Origin: an uncultured Gammaproteobacteria bacterium
GTDB taxonomy: Bacteria; Patescibacteriota; Microgenomatia; Levybacterales; UBA12049
Length of the DNA: 64,000 nt
Direction: 5' to 3'
NCBI GenBank assembly: GCA_964653195.1
Contig: CAZZCX010000003.1
Location: 11,688-75,687, forward strand
How positions within the stretch are numbered: the first letter of the stretch is position 1; every line of letters starts with the position of its first letter. Shown piece after piece: positions 57,058 through 64,000 of the stretch. The notes beneath the pieces were generated by a model. It was not told where the DNA came from. It saw only the letters and a program-made list of their open reading frames with translations, and did not search any database. A program made the position numbers and the translations under genes.

Positions 57058-57093
57058 GATTGGTTTTGATACCCTATCCTGTATAATACACTT

Positions 57094-57768
57094 ATGAGAA
57101 TTTTGGTAGTTGAAGATGAGTCAAAGCTTTCTAACAACATTAAGCAAGGATTAACAGAAAGTGGATTTGCTGTTGATCAGGCATTTGATGGTGAAGAGGG
57201 GCAATATTTGGCAGAATCAGAAGAGTATGATGCAATCGTGCTTGATGTCATGCTACCAAAGATTGACGGTGTGACCTTATGCAAAGAGCTACGTAGAAAA
57301 CAGAAAAAAACTCCGATACTTATGCTCACTGCAAAGTCCAGGTTAGATGACAAGATAGAAGGACTTGATGCAGGAGCGGATGATTATCTAACAAAACCGT
57401 TTGAATTTGCTGAACTGAAATCCCGTATCAATGCACTTTTGCGCAGAAGTCATAACCAAGCAGAGACAATCATTGCCATAGGAGATCTTGTGGTTGATCC
57501 AAAATCACATAAGGTGGAACGAAATAGTAAAACCATTTCTTTAACTGCAAAAGAATTTGCCATTTTAGAATTTCTAGCACGACATAAAGATGAGGTCGTA
57601 ACACGAACACAAATACTTGAACATACATGGGATTATAATTTCGACAGTATGTCCAACATAGTTGATGTTTTTGTAGCAACCTTAAGAAAAAAAATTGATG
57701 GAGAGTCCAAAAAGAAATTATTGCATACAGTTAGAGGTGTAGGCTTTAAATTAAGCGAACAGGGATAA
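57094..57768 (+). CDS. OmpR-family two-component response regulator
   Basis: A receiver domain (VVEDE, D at LDVMLP, the K of LTAK) and a winged-helix output (VRGVGFKL). Confidence 0.9.
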   Translation: MRILVVEDESKLSNNIKQGLTESGFAVDQAFDGEEGQYLAESEEYDAIVLDVMLPKIDGVTLCKELRRKQKKTPILMLTAKSRLDDKIEGLDAGADDYLTKPFEFAELKSRINALLRRSHNQAETIIAIGDLVVDPKSHKVERNSKTISLTAKEFAILEFLARHKDEVVTRTQILEHTWDYNFDSMSNIVDVFVATLRKKIDGESKKKLLHTVRGVGFKLSEQG

Positions 57769-57769
57769 T

Positions 57770-58771
57770 ATGAATACTTTACTTAAGACTCTTCGTGCCC
57801 GCCTAATTCTTGGATATGTTGGTAGTATCGCTTTTTTTACCCTCTTTTTCTATATAGTAGTACATAATTTTGCGCTACCACATAGTGATCATATTTATAT
57901 AGTTCTATTTGTGATTTTTACTGTTTTAGGAATATTTCTTATTTATCGCATAACGAAATCAATAACCTATGTATCCTCCAGAATACGTCATATATCACGA
58001 AAAAACCTTGATGAGAGAATCACAGATATTAATTCAGAGGATGAAATTGGTGAACTTGCAGCATCATTCAATAGCTTACTTGATAACATGAATGATGCAT
58101 TTAAAAGAGAACAACAATTTATTGGAGATGTTGCACACGAATTAAAAACCCCGCTTGCTACACAAAGAAGTTCTCTTGAGGTAACTCTCTCCAAAGACAG
58201 GACGAAAGAAGATTATAAGAAGGCGTTGGAATCAGCACTCGAAGAAAATAACCATATATCATCAACACTGAAAAATGTACTTGATCTTGCCTGGTCTGAA
58301 ACACATGAAGAAAAGAAAAACAGTGCAGTTTTTGATCTATCGGAATTAATGGAAGAATTACGTGATATTACAGAAAAGTTGGCTCAATCCAAAAAAATAA
58401 CAGTTGAAGCGTCAATTCACGAGGATATACATGTAGAAGGATTTAAAGATAAGCTAGCAAGAGCCTTACTTAATATAATTGATAATGCAGTGAAATATAC
58501 GCATAAAGGAAAGATATCAATAAAACTCAGAAAGTCACACAACAGGGCATTTTTGACAATTTCTGATACAGGTCAAGGAATAGAATCTGAAGAATTAACC
58601 AAAATTTTTACTAGATTTTATAGAGGTTCAAAAACAGATAAAATTTTAGGTTCAGGATTAGGTTTGGCAATAACAAAATCTGTAATTACACTTCACAATG
58701 GACATATTAATGTTGAAAGTAAATTGAATATAGGTACAACGTTTACTATTATCCTTCCTCTGGCTCAATAG
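57770..58771 (+). CDS. Sensor histidine kinase (two TM segments, HAMP, HisKA, HATPase_c)
   Basis: The H-box VAHELKTPL, the N-box IIDNAVKYT and the G-boxes DTGQGI and GSGLGL. Confidence 0.9.
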   Translation: MNTLLKTLRARLILGYVGSIAFFTLFFYIVVHNFALPHSDHIYIVLFVIFTVLGIFLIYRITKSITYVSSRIRHISRKNLDERITDINSEDEIGELAASFNSLLDNMNDAFKREQQFIGDVAHELKTPLATQRSSLEVTLSKDRTKEDYKKALESALEENNHISSTLKNVLDLAWSETHEEKKNSAVFDLSELMEELRDITEKLAQSKKITVEASIHEDIHVEGFKDKLARALLNIIDNAVKYTHKGKISIKLRKSHNRAFLTISDTGQGIESEELTKIFTRFYRGSKTDKILGSGLGLAITKSVITLHNGHINVESKLNIGTTFTIILPLAQ

Positions 58772-58826
58772 CTCTTCATAATTTCTTAATATTTCATTTA
58801 GTATCCTCTGCATAGGTATAAAAACT

Positions 58827-59354
58827 ATGCATCATAATAAACAAAACTACAGCTCGGGGATTAGCGAAAAAAAGATTGGTATTCTTTTGATTCTTACAAC
58901 AGTAGCGATTTTATTTGGTGGCATTCTTTTTCTTAACAATACATCTGCATCATCCCAGGTAGTCGCATCAGCTAACGCCGAAGCTGTTGTAGAGAGTGAT
59001 ACCTACGACTGGGGGAATATTCCGATCAACGGTGGAAATGTTACCAAAAAATTTAGTATCAGAAATACTGGTTCTGATCCATTGCAACTTACCAATATTA
59101 GAACATCATGTCACTGCACAACAGCCAGTGTCACAATTTACGGCAATGAAAGTCCATCATTTGGAATGAGTGGAACTTCTCAATGGGTTGGAGAAGTGAA
59201 GCCAGGACAAGAAGCAACATTAAATGTTGTCTTTGATCCTCTATTTCATGGTCCGCAGGGAACTGGTCCAGTAAACAGATATATCTCAGTCGAAACAAAT
59301 GACAAATCAAATAGTAAATTAACATTTTCATTAACAGGAGTCGTTATTAAATAA
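58827..59354 (+). CDS. DUF1573-domain protein, membrane-anchored
   Basis: YDWGNIPINGGNVTKKFSIRNTGSDPLQLTNIRTSCHCT matches the DUF1573 pattern (YDFG...NtG...L.I..v.tSCGCT). Confidence 0.65.
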   Translation: MHHNKQNYSSGISEKKIGILLILTTVAILFGGILFLNNTSASSQVVASANAEAVVESDTYDWGNIPINGGNVTKKFSIRNTGSDPLQLTNIRTSCHCTTASVTIYGNESPSFGMSGTSQWVGEVKPGQEATLNVVFDPLFHGPQGTGPVNRYISVETNDKSNSKLTFSLTGVVIK

Positions 59355-59355
59355 T

Positions 59356-60198
59356 ATGGGAGGAATGGAAGGGGTATTATTACAAACATCACTTATAGCA
59401 GCGTTCGTTGCAGGTATTGTTGCACTCTTTGCGCCATGCTGTATTTCATTTTTGCTTCCAGCATATCTAGGTAATGTCTTCAAGGAGAAAGAAAAAGTTG
59501 TCCTCATGACTCTTATATTTGGAGCTGGCATTTTTACAGTTATGATGCCTGCAGTGTTAGGAGTAGCAGCATTATCACGATTTTTGTTTGACTATCATGA
59601 TGGGATTTATTATCTAGGAGGTGTTGTCATGCTTTTATCCGCAGCAATAACTTTTCTTGGTATAAAATTCCCAATGCCACAATTACCAGGGAGAGATACT
59701 ACTAAAACAGATCCATTGTCAGTATTTACCCTTGGTATATTTTCAGGAATTACTAGTGCATGCTGCGCTCCTGTTTTAATTGGTATATTAACCCTTACCT
59801 TCTTATCTCCTAACTTTTTTGGGGCAATGGCTATAGGTGGAATGTATGTATTAGGAATGGTGATGCCGCTTCTTTTCATTGCGGTCTTTTTATCAGGAAA
59901 GATGACAAGGTTTATGTTTTTACGAAAACCTGTTACAAGTTTTAACTTCTTAGGTAAAGAAAGAACAGTAATTATGAGTAATCTGATTGCAAGTATCATC
60001 TTTTTCCTGACAGGGATATTTATCATTTATTTGAAATCAATCGGAAGACTTGGCATGGAAGATACAGAAGGATTCACGAAGATGATTACTGATGCTAGTA
60101 GCTATGTCAATCAATTTGTCGGTGGAAGCATACTGCTCAATATCATTTTTGTCGTCCTGATCATATATGGACTATATAAGATTGCAAAGCGAGCATAA
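59356..60198 (+). CDS. CcdA/DsbD-family thiol-disulfide transporter-like membrane protein
   Basis: A polytopic protein with Cys pairs inside TM helices (LFAPCCISF, ITSACCAPVL). It is adjacent to DUF1573, a recurrent pairing. Confidence 0.55.
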   Translation: MGGMEGVLLQTSLIAAFVAGIVALFAPCCISFLLPAYLGNVFKEKEKVVLMTLIFGAGIFTVMMPAVLGVAALSRFLFDYHDGIYYLGGVVMLLSAAITFLGIKFPMPQLPGRDTTKTDPLSVFTLGIFSGITSACCAPVLIGILTLTFLSPNFFGAMAIGGMYVLGMVMPLLFIAVFLSGKMTRFMFLRKPVTSFNFLGKERTVIMSNLIASIIFFLTGIFIIYLKSIGRLGMEDTEGFTKMITDASSYVNQFVGGSILLNIIFVVLIIYGLYKIAKRA

Positions 60199-60242
60199 AA
60201 ATCTTAATGATTTCTTAATAATTTATTTAGTAACCTAAGATT

Positions 60243-61604
60243 ATGAATAAAACAACAATAGATATTACCGGAATGCACTGCAAGTCATGTGAAATCCTCA
60301 TTGGAGATGAATTATTAAAAATCCCAAATGTTAAGAATGCAAAAGTATCCCAAAAAAAAGGGTGTGCTGAAATAATCCATGAAGGTAGATTAAATCATAA
60401 TGATGTGGCTTATGCAGTGAAAGAGGCAGGATATTCACTCGGAAAAGAAAAACGACATTTCTTTTCAAGAAATCCTGAAGATTACACAGAACTAGGAATT
60501 GCTGTTACCGCACTTTTTATTATTTGGGCTGTAGCCTACTTAAATGGATGGTTTAATGTTGATGCCTCTGGTCTTAATAATTATGCAAGCCTTCCTATTG
60601 TTTTTCTTATAGGTATTACAGCAGGAATCTCAACATGTATGGCACTCATTGGAGGATTAGTATTGGGTGCGGCCGCTAGATTTTCAGAAAAGCATCCAGC
60701 TGCTACTGCATTACAGAAATTTAAACCTCATCTCTATTTTAATCTTGGTCGAATACTTTCATTTTTCTTCTTTGGTGCAGTAATCGGGTATCTCGGATCA
60801 TTCTTCAGACTAGCACCTTCAACACTTGGCTTTCTTATTATTCTTGTAGGTATCGTTATGCTTTTCCTGGGATTACAACTTGTCGACATATTCCCTAAAT
60901 TAAGCGGTATGACTTTTACTTTACCAAAACAATTAAGTAATCTACTTGGTATTAAAAGTCGTAACGACAAAGAATATAGCCATAAGAATTCGATGATTCT
61001 TGGTGCTATGACATTTTTCCTCCCTTGTGGTTTTACTCAGGCAATGCAGCTTTTCGCGATGAGTACAGGCAGTCCAGTTACCGGAGCATTAACAATGGGA
61101 GTATTCGCTATCGGAACAGCTCCAGGGCTTCTCTCAATTGGAGGACTGACATCAGTTGTTAAGGGAGCATTTGCAAGAGTATTCTTTCGATTCGCAGGAG
61201 CAGTCGTTATCGCTCTTGCTTTCTTTAATATAACAAGCGGATATACATTAACCGGAATAAAAGGTATTTCCCTGCCTAAATTCGATAATGTCCTTTCTTC
61301 ATCAACAAGCAATGCGGCTCCAAAAGGAGAAGTTCAAGTTATAAAAGCGACATATTCCGCATCAAACGGTTTTCAACCAAAAGAACTAAGCGTTAAAGCA
61401 GGTGTTCCCGCACGACTTGAAGTAGAGGCGTTTGATAATGGTGCTGGATGCATGGGAAGTATAGCCTTACCTGGTTTATCACAAAACATGGAGATCTTTA
61501 AGAAAGGTCAAAAAGCAGTGTTTGATTTCACAGCAGAAAGTACCGGATCATACACGATAGCTTGCGCGATGGGTATTCCTCACGGAACCCTCAAAGCTAT
61601 TTAA
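60243..61604 (+). CDS. Tripartite protein: N-terminal HMA metal-binding domain, a polytopic DsbD_2/TauE-like membrane region, and a C-terminal cupredoxin-like domain
   Basis: GMHCKSCE (the GMxCxxC HMA motif). The central TM region carries FFLPCGFTQAM. The C-terminal roughly 110 aa has His/Cys/His/Met-type spacing (GAGCMGS ... YTIACAMGIPHG). Confidence 0.55.
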   Translation: MNKTTIDITGMHCKSCEILIGDELLKIPNVKNAKVSQKKGCAEIIHEGRLNHNDVAYAVKEAGYSLGKEKRHFFSRNPEDYTELGIAVTALFIIWAVAYLNGWFNVDASGLNNYASLPIVFLIGITAGISTCMALIGGLVLGAAARFSEKHPAATALQKFKPHLYFNLGRILSFFFFGAVIGYLGSFFRLAPSTLGFLIILVGIVMLFLGLQLVDIFPKLSGMTFTLPKQLSNLLGIKSRNDKEYSHKNSMILGAMTFFLPCGFTQAMQLFAMSTGSPVTGALTMGVFAIGTAPGLLSIGGLTSVVKGAFARVFFRFAGAVVIALAFFNITSGYTLTGIKGISLPKFDNVLSSSTSNAAPKGEVQVIKATYSASNGFQPKELSVKAGVPARLEVEAFDNGAGCMGSIALPGLSQNMEIFKKGQKAVFDFTAESTGSYTIACAMGIPHGTLKAI

Positions 61605-61645
61605 TCTTAATAATTCCTTAATAATTTATTTAGTAAGCTAAACAT

Positions 61646-61855
61646 ATGAAAACAACTACATTAAAACTTTCAGGACTTACATGCACAGCATGTACAAAGT
61701 TAATTACAAAACGAATTAAAACGATTGTTGATGTTGCAGATGTAACTGTCGAACTTCCTGGTACAGCGACTATAAAAGCTGAAAGAGAAGTTACAGAAGA
61801 AGAAGTTAAAAAAGTATTAGAAGGGACACATTATAGTGTTGTTGGAAAAAAATAA
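61646..61855 (+). CDS. copZ: Copper chaperone CopZ (single HMA domain)
   Basis: A 69-aa protein with [13 protein letters not shown]. Confidence 0.85.
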   Translation: MKTTTLKLSGLTCTACTKLITKRIKTIVDVADVTVELPGTATIKAEREVTEEEVKKVLEGTHYSVVGKK

Positions 61856-61856
61856 T

Positions 61857-64000
61857 ATGAATCAACCGTTATCATTTAATGTAAAAGGAATGACCTGCAC
61901 ATCATGCGAAATGCTTATCAAAGATGAGCTTGGTGATGTGAAAGGTGTTAGTGATGTAGCAATTAATCATAAAACAGGTAAAGGATCACTAACTTATGAT
62001 GCCGCTTTAGTTACCGGCGACATGATACGAAAAGCGGTAAAAAACGCAGGATATGATGCAGTTTTTGCGGAAGAACCAAAGACAAATGGTTTGGCAAATC
62101 AGAATGGAATAAGTAAAAATACACTTCTCTTTAAGCAAGCAGTCAAAGAGACTCCTCTTAAAGTAACGATTCAAACAAAAATAGAGGCGAAAGGAAAAGT
62201 ATTGCAGGATGAGAATAATAATTTAGTTTTTGAAGGTGAATTTGATAGTAATAGTGCTACAAAAGTTACATTACCAAAAGGAATTGAAGAAAAGTCAAAA
62301 GAACATTTAGAAAATGTTTTTCGTTCAATTAACTTCTCAACCTTGCTTGATAGAACCTCTCAAAAAAATCCACAGTCTTTAACTAATGGGAAGACTAATT
62401 CTATTAGCGTACAGGAACAGACTAAGGATGAGGAGTATGAAGAAGCTGATGAAAATAAAAGAGTACAGCTTATCCTCTCCGGTATGCACTGCACATCCTG
62501 CTCACATATTATTGAGCGAGGTCTAATGAAAGTTGAAGGTGTAAAAGAGGCACATGTTAATTTTTCTGCTGAAAAGGCGACAGTTACATTTGATGAAAGT
62601 CTGGCAGATGAGGAGGACTTAATTAAAGCTGTTAATAAGTCAGGCTACAAAGCTGTAATACTTGATGCTGCAGATACAGAGTATGAAGCGAAAAAAAGAA
62701 AGGAGGAAATCAAACTACAAACATTTAAGTTTGTCGTAAGTTTCCTGTTAAGTGCGCCAATGCTTTACTTCATGTTGTTTGATTTCTTCACTTGGATTCC
62801 AGGTAGAGCTTTCTTATTCCCATATATCGGTTTAGTCTCATTCCTGCTTGCTGCACCAGTTCAGTTTATTATAGGCGCATCATTTTATAAAGGAATGTGG
62901 TCAGCTCTCCGAATGAAGACTTTTAATATGGATAGTCTTATTGCCATTGGTACAACAGTTGCTTTCTTCTATAGCGTAGTCAGTTATTTTATCTATGTAA
63001 ATACAACAGGATCATTACTTGGCCTCAACGGAGAAAAGATTCCGGATCTATACTTTGAAACAGCAGCATTTCTTATTACCTTTGTAATTCTCGGCAAACT
63101 ACTTGAAGCGAAGGCAAAAGGACGTACCTCAGATGCAATTAAAAAGCTCATGGGACTTCAAGCAAAAACAGCACGTGTTATCCGAAATGGAGTAGCACAA
63201 GATATTTCTATAGATGAAGTAGTTGCAGGTGATGTTATCCTTGTTCGACCTGGGGAGAAAGTACCTGTCGATGGTGTTATTGTAAAAGGCTCATCCTCGG
63301 TTGATGAATCTATGATCACCGGAGAAAGTTTACCTGTAGAGAAAAATATTGAAGATACAGTAATAGGTGGAACAATTAATAAAACTGGCAGCTTTGAATT
63401 TAAAGCAACTAAAGTAGGTGCTGAGACAACTCTCTCACAAATTATTCGCCTTGTAGAAGATGCACAAGGTTCTAAAGCGCCAATTCAAGCATTTGCAGAT
63501 AGAATCTCAGCGTGGTTTGTTCCTGCAGTTATCTTGATAGCAATCCTTACGTTCGTCGTCTGGTACTTCTTCCTTGGTGCGACACTGGCGTTTGCGCTCA
63601 TGACGTTTACAGCTGTTATCGTTATCGCTTGCCCATGCGCATTAGGACTTGCAACACCTACAGCTATCATGGTGGGTACAGGAAAAGGTGCAGAGCATGG
63701 AATTTTAGTTAAAGGTGGAGAACCACTTGAAGCAGCAAATAAGATCAATACAATCGTTTTTGACAAGACAGGAACACTTACCAAAGGTAAGCCAGAAGTT
63801 ACCGATATAATTCCGCTTTCAGGAATGGATGAAGATGATTTTCTTGCTATCGCTGCAAGTCTTGAGAAGCAGTCAGAACATCCACTTGCAGAAGCAATCT
63901 ACTCTTATGCAAATGATGAAGATATAGAACTGGCTGAAGGACAAAACTTCTCCGCTATTCCAGGTCATGGGGTACAAGGCGATGTTGACGGAACAACGTA
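61857..64000 (+). CDS. copA: Copper-translocating P1B-type ATPase CopA, 3' partial. The frame is open to the window end.
   Basis: Two N-terminal HMA domains ([16 protein letters not shown]), the TGES actuator motif (ITGESLPV), the CPC motif ([12 protein letters not shown]) and the phosphorylation site DKTGTLT. No stop is found before position 64000. Confidence 0.9.
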   Translation, partial: MNQPLSFNVKGMTCTSCEMLIKDELGDVKGVSDVAINHKTGKGSLTYDAALVTGDMIRKAVKNAGYDAVFAEEPKTNGLANQNGISKNTLLFKQAVKETPLKVTIQTKIEAKGKVLQDENNNLVFEGEFDSNSATKVTLPKGIEEKSKEHLENVFRSINFSTLLDRTSQKNPQSLTNGKTNSISVQEQTKDEEYEEADENKRVQLILSGMHCTSCSHIIERGLMKVEGVKEAHVNFSAEKATVTFDESLADEEDLIKAVNKSGYKAVILDAADTEYEAKKRKEEIKLQTFKFVVSFLLSAPMLYFMLFDFFTWIPGRAFLFPYIGLVSFLLAAPVQFIIGASFYKGMWSALRMKTFNMDSLIAIGTTVAFFYSVVSYFIYVNTTGSLLGLNGEKIPDLYFETAAFLITFVILGKLLEAKAKGRTSDAIKKLMGLQAKTARVIRNGVAQDISIDEVVAGDVILVRPGEKVPVDGVIVKGSSSVDESMITGESLPVEKNIEDTVIGGTINKTGSFEFKATKVGAETTLSQIIRLVEDAQGSKAPIQAFADRISAWFVPAVILIAILTFVVWYFFLGATLAFALMTFTAVIVIACPCALGLATPTAIMVGTGKGAEHGILVKGGEPLEAANKINTIVFDKTGTLTKGKPEVTDIIPLSGMDEDDFLAIAASLEKQSEHPLAEAIYSYANDEDIELAEGQNFSAIPGHGVQGDVDGTT

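Noticed and set aside
63485-63784. 99-aa minus-strand ORF and a 66-aa plus-strand out-of-frame ORF inside copA
   Set aside because: The copA reading frame is continuous and carries the CPC and DKTGT motifs here. These are shadow ORFs.
1-64000. Alternative genetic code (UGA or UAA recoding, as in some CPR lineages)
   Set aside because: Standard-code translation gives full-length, motif-complete proteins throughout. Genes terminate at TAA, TAG and TGA. The single in-frame TAA in the terminase is accompanied by truncation, which favours a pseudogene.
1-64000. CRISPR array or rRNA genes
   Set aside because: No regularly spaced direct repeats longer than the 7-mer arrays were found. No rRNA-like conserved stretches were seen.

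Overview
This is a low-GC, gene-dense bacterial window with short intergenic spacers and standard genetic code. Long ORFs end at TAA/TAG/TGA and no UGA recoding is needed. The gene content points to a reduced-genome Patescibacteria/CPR-like organism, which is an inference. Supporting it are a type IV pilus locus without a secretin, an rpsP-KH-trmD operon lacking rimM, a trigger factor lacking the PPIase domain, and many membrane and small proteins.

Main blocks:
1. 1-9287: type IV pilus locus. It holds pilT (partial), pilC, a pilin, pilD, six pilin-like or minor-pilin genes, and pilM, pilN, pilO.
2. 9284-32188: housekeeping genes. These are trmD, a KH protein, rpsP, rnc, nusB, rpmF, and a serC plus serB-serA fusion pair. 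They continue with recG, tyrS, a class A PBP, pheST, and an aromatic amino-acid set. That set is chorismate mutase, a prephenate dehydrogenase/dehydratase fusion, DAHP synthase, an SdhA-like flavoprotein and a PfkB kinase. The block ends with the rplT-rpmI-infC-thrS operon.
3. 32351-34752: a coupled ATP-grasp ligase plus M20 peptidase pair.
4. 35896-41063: an unusual minus-strand cluster. It has a DUF62/SAM hydroxide adenosyltransferase-like gene, two paralogous unknown enzymes, a ROK kinase and a HAD phosphatase.
5. 42800-47150: a tRNA hot spot with six tRNAs (Leu x3, Val, Phe, Gly) interleaved with accessory genes. A GIY-YIG nuclease ORF there is flanked by 33-bp direct repeats of the tRNA-Val 3' end, and a second tRNA-Leu 3'-end remnant is present.
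6. About 51400-57060: an island of visibly higher GC. It carries mscL, two TspO-family genes, a cupin, a ParB-DNA methyltransferase fusion, a terminase small subunit and a terminase large subunit broken by an in-frame TAA and truncated. This looks like a degraded prophage.
7. 57094-64000: a copper/redox island. It has an OmpR/HK two-component system, a DUF1573 protein, a CcdA-like membrane protein, an HMA-membrane-cupredoxin fusion, copZ and copA (3' partial).

A recurring minus-strand terminator motif, A7-CCTCC(C)-TTTC-GGGAGG, occurs three times. No CRISPR array and no rRNA were seen.
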